Virus record (IMG/VR): IMGVR_UViG_3300036823_000117
Coordinates: 32,001 to 96,000 of that record
Direction: 5' to 3' (one strand)
Length of the DNA: 64,000 nt
Source: a virus
Positions 28,449 through 39,045 of the stretch are shown here, one piece after another. Within the stretch, counting starts at the first letter, position 1; every line of letters begins with the position of its first letter. Position numbers and translations under genes: made by a program. The notes under the pieces were generated by a model. That model ran no database searches, was not told where the DNA came from, and was given only the letters and a program-made list of their open reading frames with translations.

Positions 28449-31400
28449 ATGGCGGGAGAAGAGGGCTTTCACGTAGCGAGAGCGTACGTAACGGTCGAAC
28501 CGGACGCTACGGACTTTCCGGAGAAGCTGAAGGCTCAGCTGGAGGAAAACAAGTTCGACCTGCGGGTCCCCGTCGCCCCGCAGATGGACGGCTTCCGCGA
28601 GGAAATGCAGGCCGGCCTCGAGAAGGAGAAAGGCCAGGACGTCACTGTCGACGTCGAGCCCGACCCAGGCAGCGTCGCTGACTTCACCCCGAAGGTGCAG
28701 GCGGCCCTCGACGCCAACAAGGCCAAGGTCGAGGCCGGGGTCGAGCCAGACCAGGAGTCCGTCGCCGGGCTCCCCGGCAAGGTCCAGGCCGAGCTGGACG
28801 CCGAGCGGAAGCCGACGCTCAACATCAAGTCCAACCTTGACGAGGCGTCCCTCGCCGCGAAGGTCGCGGAGGCCCGCAGCGAACTCGGGGACCTGAAGAT
28901 CGGCGATGACCTGTTCGCCGCGTTCAGCCGGACCGGCAGCAACTCGTTCATCGCCCAGTACGCCACGGACCTGAAGGATCTCACCGGGGACGCCGAAGCC
29001 GCAGCCGGGGCGGTGCGCCGGACTGCGGCCGCCGTGGACCAGGCAGGCGCGGCGGCCCGGAAGTCGGATCAGGCGTTCCGGATCTTCGGTGTCGGGATCA
29101 GCAAGCTCGCCGTCCACGGTGTCGTCACGGGGGTGATCGACTTCCTGGCCGTGGCTATCCCGGCGGCGGCCGCGGCGGGTGCGTGGGCTGCGGCGTGGTC
29201 GAAGGGCGCGGAGCAGGTCGAGCAGCACATGGTTGCCCTGCACACGGCCACGCAGGCGACCAATGCCATGTTCGGGCAGACGACCGGGTCGGCCCTGGGC
29301 CTGGGCGGTGCCCTGGCCAAGGCCCAGACCGCTGCCCGGCCCGAGGTGTGGTCGGCCCTGGGCGCGGCGATCAACCTTGCCAAGGAGCGCATGGGGGACT
29401 TCTCCTCCGTCGGCCTGCAGGTCGGGCGCATCTTCGACAACTTCGCGGCGAAGCTTGTCTACGACTTTTCCTCCGCGGGTGACGCGGGGAAGACGTTCGG
29501 CGGCCTGCTGTCGAACATGGTTCCCGACCTGACCCAGCTCGGCGAGGTCTTCGGGAACATCGGGCACGCCGTTGGCAGTTTCGCATCGCAGATGCCCGGT
29601 GTCGCCCAGGTGCTCCTCGCTGGCCTTGCCGGGGCGACGAAGCTGGCCACGAGCCTCATCGACCTGTCTGGGCGGTTCAAGATCGCCGGGGCGTCGGCGC
29701 TGACCCTGATCATGGGGTTCCACGAGCTCAACACGTGGGGCAGCATCGGCGTCGCCGCCCTGGGCAAGATGGGCCTGGCGACCTCCGAGGTGACCGGCGG
29801 GTTCTTCTCGCTGGAGCGCGCCGGCGGTGTGCTGTCGAACATGCTGGGCGTTGTCCCGACGCTGCTGTCCAAGATCACCGCCGGGCTCAGCGGCATGACC
29901 CGCGGGGTCGGCTCCGTTGTCAGCGGGCTTGGCGGGATGGTCGGGAAGATCGGCGGCGACGGCAACGTCTTCAGCAAGCTCGGCGCGGGCGCTGAGGGTG
30001 CTGGCAGCAAGGTCGACCGGCTGGGCGTGACTATCGGCGGCCTGGGCTCTGACCTGGAGGAAAGCGCGTCGGGGCTCGGCTTGTGGCAGGTTGCGCTGAT
30101 CGGCGCCGCTGCGGCCGGGCTCGGGTTCCTGATCTACAAGCTGGCCACTACGAAGACCGCGGCGCAGCAGTTCGCCGACTCGCTGCAGGCCAGCATCGAC
30201 AAAGCCTCGAACCTTCAGTCGCTGAGCGCCCTGGCGGCCGGGATGGGGCAGCTCGGCGCGGCCACCCAGAAGGCGGCGACCCAGCAGCAGTACGCGGGCG
30301 GCATGTCCACTCGCTACGCGCAGACTCTGTCAACTGCCGGGGCGGCTGTCGCCACGTTCGGCGCGAAGCAGGAGCAGCTGGCCGAGCAGTTCGTCACGGT
30401 CAACAAGCACGCCTCCATGCTCGCCACCCAGTACGGCACGTCCTTTGTCGGCGCCCTCGCCTTGGCTGACGAGGCCGGCGTCAAGCTGAACCAGACCATG
30501 ACCCGGCAGCAGTGGGTCATGGCCCAGATCAAGATCTCTGATCTGGTGAAGGGCTACCAGGCCATGGGCCAGCCGATGGGCGCCGTCGGCAACGACATGG
30601 ATGCCCTGGCCATTCAGTCGGGGCTGGCCGCGACGAAGGTGGCCGCGCTGAACTCGGCGTGGGACGAGTTCATGTCGAACCTGACCGGTGGTACCACCGG
30701 GCTGGCCGGGTTTGAGCAGGCCCTGACGAACCTCAGCACCGGCACTACCAAGATCACCAACGTTCTCGGAAAGGGCGGCAGCGTCACCCTGTCGGTGAAG
30801 GACTTCGCCAGTTCGCTGCAGTCGTTCACGGGCAAGGGGGCTCAGGCCTGGCAGAACTTCAACCAGGTCGTGGGCACGAGCGCCCCTCAGCTCATCGACT
30901 GGCTGCGCACTGCCGGCGCCGAAGGAGCCCTGTCCGGGCAGAACCTGTCTCACGGCCTGTCACAGGGCACGACGGCTGCGAAGAACTTCCAGCAGGGCAT
31001 CCTGGACATGATCTCCCAGCTGACCCCGCTGGCGTCCAAGAGCAAGACCGCCCAGGCCGAGTTGGTCGGGCTGGCGCAGCAGGCCGGGCTGAACATCACG
31101 ACGTTCCCGCAGCTGACCTCAGCGATTCAGGCCAGCCATGCGTCCGTCAGCAACCTGCAGGCCATCATCTCGCAGGCCACGATCAAGATGGGCAACATGT
31201 CGGCCGTTGCCCAGAACCTGGGCAACGTCCTCAACTCGGCGGTCGCGTCGGCGATCTCGAACGCGTCGCTGAAGGCCTCCGGGTTCTACAAGGACATGTC
31301 CGATCTGACGGCGGCCACGCAGAAGTACGGCGCTAACTCCCCGCAGGCCATCGCGGCCGCCAACAAGGTCGCTACCGCGCTGCACACCGCCAGCGCGGAC

Positions 31401-32999
31401 GCGTCCTCCATGGCGACCAATGTCGGGAAGGCCGGCAACGCCTCCGCCACGGCCGGCGACCAGATGGAAACCGCCGCGACCAAGGCCTACAACCTCCGCA
31501 CCGCGATCGACGACCTGCACAGCAAGACCGTCGACATCAACGTCCTGTTCAACATCAGCGGAAAGCAGCCCGGCGCTGGCGTGGCACTGCCCGGGGCGCC
31601 GCAGTACGCGGCAGGCGGCGTCGTCCCGGGCCGCGACACAGGCCGAGACGAGCACCTGGTCCTTGCCCGCGGCGGCGAAGGGATGATCATCCCCGAGGCC
31701 GTGCAGGGGCTGGGCGGCCCGAAGGCCATCGACGCGATCAACCGGGCATACGGCGGCGGCCGCAAGACCGCCAGGGGCCGGTTCGCGGCCGGCGGCGTGG
31801 TCACGGAATCGGCGCAGTTCGGGTTCCCCCAGGACGTGTTCAACTTCCAGATCGGCCCGATCGGTTTCGGCGGCTCGCGGACCACCGTGGGCGGCGGCGG
31901 GGCCTTCACGGGATTCCAGCAGCTCGCCGACGAGCTCAAGGGCTTCAAGACAGCTGGCGCCCAGTACCCGGGCCAGAGCGCGTCATCGTACGCCAATTAC
32001 CTGGCCACGATCAAGAAGGACAACGCCTCCCGGTTCGCTCAGATGGAAGCCGACGGCAAGAAGCTCGTCGCCGCGTTCAGCGAAGGCACCCTGACGACCG
32101 TCGCCGCGATCAAGTCCGAGGCCGCGACGGCTCTGAAGACCCTGCAGACCTACTACTCCGGGCCGGCTGCAAGCCGGCTCGAAGCGACAATCACCCGGCA
32201 GACCACGGCCATGGAGAAGCTCGCCGCGGCGTCCGCGAAAGTCTCCGCGACCATCGCGAACATGAAGGCGTTCAGCGCCCAGGAAGTTCAGTCTCTGCAG
32301 GGTTTCTCCAACATTTCCAATATCACCGGGACCACGAACTCGACGACGGGGGCGACCGCTCCGCCGACGGGGGCGCAGATCAAGGCCGGCCTGCAGAAGA
32401 TGCTGGCCCAGCTGCGGCAGTTCGAGGCCGTGATCAAGAAGCTGAAGGCCGAGAAGGTCGCGTCGGTGATGATCGAGCAGGTCATCCAGCTCGGCCCCGA
32501 GGAAGGCATCCAGTACGGCCAGGCGATCCTCGCCGGCGGGAAGACGCTCATCGCCCAGATCAACAAGACGGAGAAGGCGATCACGGGCGAGGAAACCGTG
32601 ATCGGTCACACGTCCGCGGAAATCCAGTACGGGCAGTCAATCACCAAGGGATTCCTGGCGAGCCTGGAGAAGCAAGAGACCACGCTCAAGAAGAAGATGC
32701 AGAACCTTGGTGACGAGATCGCCAAGGAACTGGCTAAGGCCCTGGGCGTCCCGCTTGCGACCCTGAAGAAGGATGAGGGGATCGGCAAGTCGAAGCTCGC
32801 CCCGGCGCCTAAGATCAAGAACCCGGTCACGCCGCCGCACATTGTGTACAAGCCGCCGACGGTTCACCCTGATGCGAAGACGACGAACGTGAAGCAGGAC
32901 ATTCACATTACGGTCAACTCGCCGAAGGGGTATTTCAGCCCGGAGCAGCTGGCGGCTATCAAGCACGAGATCTCCGCCGTCCTGGCCATTTCCCACTAG
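28449..32999 (+). CDS. Tape measure protein
   Basis: 1516 aa, Ala/Gly-rich helical; YAAGGVVPG..GGEGMI motif. Confidence 0.9.
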   Translation: MAGEEGFHVARAYVTVEPDATDFPEKLKAQLEENKFDLRVPVAPQMDGFREEMQAGLEKEKGQDVTVDVEPDPGSVADFTPKVQAALDANKAKVEAGVEPDQESVAGLPGKVQAELDAERKPTLNIKSNLDEASLAAKVAEARSELGDLKIGDDLFAAFSRTGSNSFIAQYATDLKDLTGDAEAAAGAVRRTAAAVDQAGAAARKSDQAFRIFGVGISKLAVHGVVTGVIDFLAVAIPAAAAAGAWAAAWSKGAEQVEQHMVALHTATQATNAMFGQTTGSALGLGGALAKAQTAARPEVWSALGAAINLAKERMGDFSSVGLQVGRIFDNFAAKLVYDFSSAGDAGKTFGGLLSNMVPDLTQLGEVFGNIGHAVGSFASQMPGVAQVLLAGLAGATKLATSLIDLSGRFKIAGASALTLIMGFHELNTWGSIGVAALGKMGLATSEVTGGFFSLERAGGVLSNMLGVVPTLLSKITAGLSGMTRGVGSVVSGLGGMVGKIGGDGNVFSKLGAGAEGAGSKVDRLGVTIGGLGSDLEESASGLGLWQVALIGAAAAGLGFLIYKLATTKTAAQQFADSLQASIDKASNLQSLSALAAGMGQLGAATQKAATQQQYAGGMSTRYAQTLSTAGAAVATFGAKQEQLAEQFVTVNKHASMLATQYGTSFVGALALADEAGVKLNQTMTRQQWVMAQIKISDLVKGYQAMGQPMGAVGNDMDALAIQSGLAATKVAALNSAWDEFMSNLTGGTTGLAGFEQALTNLSTGTTKITNVLGKGGSVTLSVKDFASSLQSFTGKGAQAWQNFNQVVGTSAPQLIDWLRTAGAEGALSGQNLSHGLSQGTTAAKNFQQGILDMISQLTPLASKSKTAQAELVGLAQQAGLNITTFPQLTSAIQASHASVSNLQAIISQATIKMGNMSAVAQNLGNVLNSAVASAISNASLKASGFYKDMSDLTAATQKYGANSPQAIAAANKVATALHTASADASSMATNVGKAGNASATAGDQMETAATKAYNLRTAIDDLHSKTVDINVLFNISGKQPGAGVALPGAPQYAAGGVVPGRDTGRDEHLVLARGGEGMIIPEAVQGLGGPKAIDAINRAYGGGRKTARGRFAAGGVVTESAQFGFPQDVFNFQIGPIGFGGSRTTVGGGGAFTGFQQLADELKGFKTAGAQYPGQSASSYANYLATIKKDNASRFAQMEADGKKLVAAFSEGTLTTVAAIKSEAATALKTLQTYYSGPAASRLEATITRQTTAMEKLAAASAKVSATIANMKAFSAQEVQSLQGFSNISNITGTTNSTTGATAPPTGAQIKAGLQKMLAQLRQFEAVIKKLKAEKVASVMIEQVIQLGPEEGIQYGQAILAGGKTLIAQINKTEKAITGEETVIGHTSAEIQYGQSITKGFLASLEKQETTLKKKMQNLGDEIAKELAKALGVPLATLKKDEGIGKSKLAPAPKIKNPVTPPHIVYKPPTVHPDAKTTNVKQDIHITVNSPKGYFSPEQLAAIKHEISAVLAISH

Positions 33000-33009
33000 C
33001 GGGGGTGCC

Positions 33010-34260
33010 GTGCCAAGTCCCCCGACTCCGGCGACGCCGGGTCAGAGCTACACGCTGTTCCTGAATTTCTTCGACATGACGTCGGGTTCGCTGGCGAATG
33101 CGACGAGCCTGCAGCTGGATATCACGTTCGGGTCGGAGGCGCCGCTGGTCCCGGATGTTTCCGGCCCGTTCACTTGGACAGGTGCGATCGAGCCTGGCCC
33201 GGATGAGATCTGGGAGCTGGGCACCGGGCAGTACGGGTTCGACTGGCAGGTGCCGTCGAACCTCGCCGCCGGCGCGTACGTGGCGACGTGGACGGTCGGG
33301 TACGGCGGCGACGAGTTCCTTGTCACCGAGAACTTCCCGCTCGCGGCGTCTATTACCCCGGTCGCGTCGGGGGATCTCGGGTACTGGACGGGGAGCATCA
33401 CCTACCAGCCGTCTTACCTGTCGTCGCCGCTGGTGATCCCGCTCGGCGGCACGGATTCCAGTGGCGTGTCGTGGATGCTGCAGAAGGTCGAGGGATGGGA
33501 TTCGCCGCCGTCGGCGGTGGGCCAGGTGATCCAGCGGTCCGGGGATCATGGCGGGTGGCCGACGGCGCAGTTTTACGGGCCGCGGCTGATCAGCCTGATC
33601 GTCATGGCGTCGGCGCCGTCGCAGGCGCTGCGGGACCAGGCCCGGGCGGTGCTGCAGCAGGCGGTGCCCGTGGGCATCACGGCGTCTGACCTGGCCACGT
33701 TCACCTATGACGAGCCCACGCCGAAGCTCGCTTACGTCCGGCGGAACGCGTCGGCGACGATCGCGGAGACGTATCCGACGCTGACCGACGTGGTCTTCAC
33801 GATCCCGCTGACCTGCCCGGATCCGCGGAAGTACTCGACGACGACGCAGGAAGCGTCGACGATCACGCCGTCGACGGCGTCGCCGCTGGCCCTGCCGTTC
33901 GCATTGCCGATCACGTTCCCGGCCGAGTTGTCGGCGGGGAAACTCGGGATCCTCGCAGTTAATGCCGGGACGTTTGAGACGCGGCCGATTTGCACGGTGA
34001 CCGGGCCGATCACGTCGCCGTCGGTCATCAACGCGGCCACGGGCCAGGCGGTCACTTTCACCGGCCTGACTGTCCCCGGCGGGTCGCAACTGGTCCTGGA
34101 CATGGACGCCCGGCAGGCATTCCTGAATGGGGCGTTTACGCCCGCTGATGCTGCGAGCGCCTGGTGGGTTGTGCAGCCGGGAGAGTCGCCCATCTACATG
34201 ACGGGCACCTCTTCCGCCGGGTCAAGTTTGGCTATGTCATGGGCAAGCGCGTGGATCTGA
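33010..34260 (+). CDS. Distal tail (Dit-like) protein with N-terminal extension
   Basis: EGWDSPP..DHGGW..YGPR..LTCPDPRKYS..NAGT. Confidence 0.8.
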   Translation: MPSPPTPATPGQSYTLFLNFFDMTSGSLANATSLQLDITFGSEAPLVPDVSGPFTWTGAIEPGPDEIWELGTGQYGFDWQVPSNLAAGAYVATWTVGYGGDEFLVTENFPLAASITPVASGDLGYWTGSITYQPSYLSSPLVIPLGGTDSSGVSWMLQKVEGWDSPPSAVGQVIQRSGDHGGWPTAQFYGPRLISLIVMASAPSQALRDQARAVLQQAVPVGITASDLATFTYDEPTPKLAYVRRNASATIAETYPTLTDVVFTIPLTCPDPRKYSTTTQEASTITPSTASPLALPFALPITFPAELSAGKLGILAVNAGTFETRPICTVTGPITSPSVINAATGQAVTFTGLTVPGGSQLVLDMDARQAFLNGAFTPADAASAWWVVQPGESPIYMTGTSSAGSSLAMSWASAWI

Positions 34261-34276
34261 GGCATTAGGAGTGTGA

Positions 34277-35350
34277 ATGGCTTCTAGTGTCGGACTCGGC
34301 ACGCCATTGTTTGTGGACGATGCACCCAACACGGCGGCAACTCCTTTCAGGAGTTACGAAATTGGGACGCGCGTGAACAATGTCGGCACCGCGTCGGCTA
34401 ACCAGGTCGCAGGCGGCGTGTTCCCCGGCGTCGGCGCCATGGCCGTCACCCCCGGTTCCGGGCTGGCCGTCCAGGTCGCTGCGGGGTACTGCTGCGTCCC
34501 CGCCGCGTCGGCGCTGCAGGGCGGCTACGTCTTCGGCGCCATGACGAGCCAGTCGCTCACCCTCGCCGCGGCTGACCCTACGAACCCGCGGATCGACCTG
34601 GTCACCGCGCAGGTCACCGACACCGGCACGTCAGCATCGTCGTGCAGCCTGAGCATCGTCACCGGGACTGCGGCGTTCTCCCCGTCGCCGCCGTCGCTGT
34701 CGTCGCTCACCGCGATCGTGCTGGCCGCAGTGCAGGTCGGCGCGGGGGTCGCTTCGCTGACCAGCGCGAACATCACCGACGAGCGGGCGTATGTCACGGC
34801 GCCGGGCGGGATCCTGCCGATCTCCTCGGCGGCGGCCGCGCCGGCCGCGCCGGCGTGGCAGCTGTTCTACAACGTGTCAGCCGGGGCGCTGGTCACCGGG
34901 TCGGGGACCGCCGGGGTTGTCTCGCCGCTGCCGGTGCTGCCCTGGGCGCCCGTGATCAGCCAGGTCGCCACCACGATGTCGGACTCGTCGTCGCCGGGGA
35001 CGCTGACCACGATCACGACATGCTCGATCACCACGGGCGGCGAGGACATCGAGGTCTTCTACAAGTGGCCCGGCTGGAAGGTCAGCTCGGCGCCGCTCCT
35101 GGTCACGGTGCAGGTGTCGCTTGACGGCACGGTGATGGACCAGACGGTGCTGTTCCCGGCGTCGTCGAGCCTGGCGTCGTGCGGCGGGTCGGCCCGCTGG
35201 TACTCCTCGGCCGCTGAGTCGACGACGCCGTCGGCGGGGTCGCACACGGTGGCGTTCGCGTTCCAGTCGGCCAGCGGGTCGGCGACCACCACTCTTGCCG
35301 CGTCGGGGACTGCGCTGGCTGTCCTGCGCGCCGCGCCGGCCAGCGCCTAG
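34277..35350 (+). CDS. Minor tail protein
   Basis: GLAVQVAAGY..ADPTNPRIDLV..ITDERAY. Confidence 0.75.
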   Translation: MASSVGLGTPLFVDDAPNTAATPFRSYEIGTRVNNVGTASANQVAGGVFPGVGAMAVTPGSGLAVQVAAGYCCVPAASALQGGYVFGAMTSQSLTLAAADPTNPRIDLVTAQVTDTGTSASSCSLSIVTGTAAFSPSPPSLSSLTAIVLAAVQVGAGVASLTSANITDERAYVTAPGGILPISSAAAAPAAPAWQLFYNVSAGALVTGSGTAGVVSPLPVLPWAPVISQVATTMSDSSSPGTLTTITTCSITTGGEDIEVFYKWPGWKVSSAPLLVTVQVSLDGTVMDQTVLFPASSSLASCGGSARWYSSAAESTTPSAGSHTVAFAFQSASGSATTTLAASGTALAVLRAAPASA

Positions 35351-35358
35351 GAGGCCTG

Positions 35359-36645
35359 GTGGCACTTTCGGTCAGCCTCGGCTCGCCTGCCTGGACGGGC
35401 GGCACGACCTGGAACGGCCTGGGGATGCGGCAGTTCTGGGCCGCGACCAAGACCACCGATCATGGCAGCGCCGCGGCTGCCGCCCCTGTCGGGGGCGTCT
35501 ACCCGGGTGGCGGGGAGATGAAGGTCGTCCCGGGTTCGGGGCTGGCGGTGTCGGTGTCGGCGGGTTACTGCTGCGTGCCGCACCCCACCTCGGGTGATGG
35601 TGCTTACGTCTTCGGGACGATGGTGTCGGAGACGCTGACCATCGGGTCGAACTCGTCGGGTGCGACGCGCACGGACCTGATCGTGGCCCGCGTTTTCGAC
35701 CTCGGGTCGTCGTCGTCGTCCTGCGATGTCGAGGTCGTTGCGGGCACCCCGGGGGCGGGTGCCCCGGCGGCGCCGACGGCGTCGGTTCCGCTGGCGGCCG
35801 TGGCGGTGGCGACCGGGGCGTCGAGCATCTCGAGCGGCAACATCACTGACAAGCGCGCCCATGTCGTCCCGGCCGGGTGCCTGCTGCCGATTGCGAACGC
35901 GGCGGCCGCGCCGGCCGCTGGGACTGCTCAGCTCATGTTCAATATCGCGACGGGCCTGGTCTGCGCCGGGACCGGGATCGCGGGGCAGGCCGCCGCGGTC
36001 GGGTTCGCGGGCCTCGCCGGCCAGGACTATGTCAACACCTCCGCCGGGCAGCAGGGCACCACCCCGGGCACCCCGTCGAGTGACCCGTGGGGAATCGGCT
36101 ACGGCGAGATCGACAGCGCCTTCGGCGGCGGGGGCGGCAAGGGCGGCGGCGGTCACGGCTTCGGGAGCGGCGACACCGACGGGACGATAGCCACCGAGCT
36201 CCAGGTCACCTTCGCCGCTGACGGGGTCAGCGATTACGAGTTCTTCTGGAAGTGGCAGCTCGCGGTCCCGGCGCAGGCCTACGCCGGCGGGTCCCCGACG
36301 GTCACCGCCGCCGGGGTGTCGCTCATCCTGCTGATCGACGGCGGCGTAGCGGACTCTGTGAGCCTGATCTGCGCGGATGACCCGCTGGGCTCATCGGGGG
36401 GCGGGAGCGCGTCCTGGTACACCTCGGGGCTGGAAGGGACCACCCTCAGCCCCGGTCTCCACACCGCGCAGATCGCGGTCGAGACATCGAGCTCGTTCTC
36501 GTCTTCCGGGCCGGTCGCCGGCGTCTTCATCGGCGATGTCGCCACCGCGGGCCCGACGGTGTTCGGCGCAGCGGTCAGCGGCTACTACGCCGCGCTGACC
36601 GCCGAGAACTGCCTGCTCCGCGTCGCTTCCGTCCCGGCCAGCTGA
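35359..36645 (+). CDS. Minor tail protein (paralog of 34277-35350)
   Basis: PGSGLAVSVSAGYCCVP..GAYVFGTM..ITDKRAHV. Confidence 0.75.
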   Translation: MALSVSLGSPAWTGGTTWNGLGMRQFWAATKTTDHGSAAAAAPVGGVYPGGGEMKVVPGSGLAVSVSAGYCCVPHPTSGDGAYVFGTMVSETLTIGSNSSGATRTDLIVARVFDLGSSSSSCDVEVVAGTPGAGAPAAPTASVPLAAVAVATGASSISSGNITDKRAHVVPAGCLLPIANAAAAPAAGTAQLMFNIATGLVCAGTGIAGQAAAVGFAGLAGQDYVNTSAGQQGTTPGTPSSDPWGIGYGEIDSAFGGGGGKGGGGHGFGSGDTDGTIATELQVTFAADGVSDYEFFWKWQLAVPAQAYAGGSPTVTAAGVSLILLIDGGVADSVSLICADDPLGSSGGGSASWYTSGLEGTTLSPGLHTAQIAVETSSSFSSSGPVAGVFIGDVATAGPTVFGAAVSGYYAALTAENCLLRVASVPAS

Positions 36646-36657
36646 CGGGAGGCGGGC

Positions 36658-37797
36658 ATCTCAACCTTCCGCTTCGCCACTACGAACCTTTTGTCGGGTC
36701 AGCTGACGAGCGACAACCTGCCGATCACCGCGCAGAGCTTCGGCCGGCAGATCAACACGTCGGGTGCCGCCACGGTCAGCCTGAACCTGACCGGGTCGGC
36801 CCAGCAGAATGCCGCGAACATCGCTGCCGTGATGCCGCGCAAGTCGGTCCTGTGGATCCTCCAGGACGACGCGGTCATCTGGGGCGGCCCGATCTGGGAC
36901 TGGAATCACCAGTCCATCGCCAGCGGCGTGCTGCCGCTCGGGTGCTCGACTTTCGAGTCGATCCTCAGCCGCCGGGTGCAGAATAAGACGGTCACGTACA
37001 CGTCCGAGGACGTCTTTGACATGTTCCGCGACCTGATGCAGACCTACGCCCTGGCCAAGCTCCCCAACGGGCAGATCGCCGGGCTGACGTACAGCGAGAA
37101 CCGCTCTGGCGTTTCCGACACGCTCACTTTCGACGGCACCCAGCTGCAGACGTTCGACGATGCGATCGGGACGCTGGTCAGCGCCTACGAGATTGAGTAC
37201 TCGTTCCGTCCCTACCAGGATTCGGCGGGCAACTTCAAGGTCAACGTGGACCTGGCCTACCCTTACCTGGGGCAGCCATTCCCGCAGTCCGGCCTGGTGT
37301 ACAACTTCCCGGGCAACCTGACGGACTACGCATTCCAGGCAACGGGGTCCACGTCGATTAACTCCCTGTTCGTCACGGCGTCAAACGACAACACCACTAG
37401 CGGCACAGACACGACGCTGAATGGGTTCTGGGACGATTACACCGACCTGGATCTCGGCTACCCGATCCTGCAGGGCGTCCTGTCGCTCACCACGGCGTCC
37501 TGGACCAGCGACGCGCAGGTCCAGAAATTCGCGGGCGGCTACATCCCGCAGGTCACTGACACGCAGCTCACCCCGGTCCTGACGATCTCCGGCGACGCGT
37601 TCCCGAAGATCCGGCAGACAACTCTCGGGTCGGGTGCCCAGTTCAATGCCACGTCGATCCTGCACCCGGCCGGCCCGAATGGCGAGCCCGGGTACACGGG
37701 TGTCGGCCGGGTCACGGGGTGGACGTGCACGCCCGGCGGGGAAGGCCAGACCGAGCAGGCGCAGATCACAATGGGCAATTTGCTCATGGTGCCTTAG
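36658..37797 (+). CDS. Minor tail/baseplate hub protein; probable ATC start
   Basis: IWGGPIWD and YNFPGNLTDY motifs; GGAGG, 5 nt, then an in-frame ATC. Confidence 0.75.
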   Translation: MSTFRFATTNLLSGQLTSDNLPITAQSFGRQINTSGAATVSLNLTGSAQQNAANIAAVMPRKSVLWILQDDAVIWGGPIWDWNHQSIASGVLPLGCSTFESILSRRVQNKTVTYTSEDVFDMFRDLMQTYALAKLPNGQIAGLTYSENRSGVSDTLTFDGTQLQTFDDAIGTLVSAYEIEYSFRPYQDSAGNFKVNVDLAYPYLGQPFPQSGLVYNFPGNLTDYAFQATGSTSINSLFVTASNDNTTSGTDTTLNGFWDDYTDLDLGYPILQGVLSLTTASWTSDAQVQKFAGGYIPQVTDTQLTPVLTISGDAFPKIRQTTLGSGAQFNATSILHPAGPNGEPGYTGVGRVTGWTCTPGGEGQTEQAQITMGNLLMVP

Positions 37798-37806
37798 AGG
37801 GGTGCA

Positions 37807-38004
37807 ATGACGGTCATCACGGAATCGTGGTATTCGCGGGTGATCGAGGGCGGGTTCATCCGCCTGACGTGCCATGACTGCGGTGGCGAAGTCCGCTTCC
37901 GTGACATCCCGGCAGGGCATGCGAAGGCCGCGGGCATGGTCGCCGTGCATAAGCCGTCGGGGTGCTGCGATGAGCGGCAGGCGAATGCGGGCGGCCGGCC
38001 ATGA
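37807..38004 (+). CDS. Small Zn-ribbon protein
   Basis: CHDC; GAGGGG RBS. Confidence 0.5.
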   Translation: MTVITESWYSRVIEGGFIRLTCHDCGGEVRFRDIPAGHAKAAGMVAVHKPSGCCDERQANAGGRP

Positions 38005-38375
38005 CGACTTACCCGGACCGGCAGATCGCGCAGTTCTCGGCGACGATCAAGAAGATGCAGCGGAAGCTCACCGTCGCCGAAACGCAGCTGAATAACGCCA
38101 AGACAGACATCGCGAACCTGAAGGCGCTGGTCAATACCCTGTACACCCGGATCGGTGACCCGTCCAAGGGCGGCACGGCCGGGCTGACGCAGGCGCAGAG
38201 CGTGTTCCTGGCCACGATCCAGCAGATGACGACCCCCGGCACTTACCCGCTCGGCACCGACGGCGGGTCAGGCAGCTACTGGATCACCGGAGAACGCAAC
38301 TTCGTCAACGCGGGCCTGAATATGGACAACTTGCTGGTCCAGAAACTGCAGCGGTCCGGGCTCATGCACACATGA
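38001..38375 (+). CDS. Coiled-coil minor tail protein
   Basis: Heptad N-terminus; ATGA overlaps. Confidence 0.6.
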   Translation: MTTYPDRQIAQFSATIKKMQRKLTVAETQLNNAKTDIANLKALVNTLYTRIGDPSKGGTAGLTQAQSVFLATIQQMTTPGTYPLGTDGGSGSYWITGERNFVNAGLNMDNLLVQKLQRSGLMHT

Positions 38376-39019
38376 CGGCGCCGCTGGTCAGCGTCATCAC
38401 GGCCACGTACCGCCGGCACCGCGAGTTGCTGGGCCGCTGCATCCCCTCAGTCGCCGCCCAGACCTACGAGGCGATCGAGCACGTCGTCGTGTCCGACGGG
38501 CCTGACCCGGAGCTGCAGCAGCTGCTCGCGGAGACTGGTGCCCGGTACGGGGAAAGCGAGCACGGCGGCCACTGGGGTCACCTGGCCCGCCTCAAGGGCA
38601 TCGAGATGGCTACCGGCGAGCTCATCGCGTGGCTCGACGACGACGACGCGTGGCGGCCCGACCACGTTGCCCTGCACGCCGCGGCGCTCGAGGAGCACCC
38701 CGAGGCGGGTTTCGCGTACTCGCGGCTGCTGATCGGCGCGCAGGACGCCAACGCGCGGACTTACCGGGATGACCCGGAGGAGTGCCTGGGCACCGACGTT
38801 TACGCGTCGGGCCAGGTGCTCACGTCGATGCTGTTTCACCGCCGGGCGGTCCTGGACGTTGCGACGTGGGGCACCGGGACCGGGACGCCGGACAGCGACC
38901 TGGTGTCCGCGTGGGCTGACGCCGGAATCCCGTACGTGTCAATTCCGCAGGTCAGTTCGTGGATGTGGACGCACGACGACTACGACCACCCGGGCGAGCT
39001 TCTGCTGCCGGATTTCTGA
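38372..39019 (+). CDS. Glycosyltransferase family 2
   Basis: LVSVITATYRR, VVSDG, GELIAWLDDDD. Confidence 0.9.
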   Translation: MTAPLVSVITATYRRHRELLGRCIPSVAAQTYEAIEHVVVSDGPDPELQQLLAETGARYGESEHGGHWGHLARLKGIEMATGELIAWLDDDDAWRPDHVALHAAALEEHPEAGFAYSRLLIGAQDANARTYRDDPEECLGTDVYASGQVLTSMLFHRRAVLDVATWGTGTGTPDSDLVSAWADAGIPYVSIPQVSSWMWTHDDYDHPGELLLPDF

Positions 39020-39045
39020 CGCGCGAGGATCGGCGGTGACCGGGC

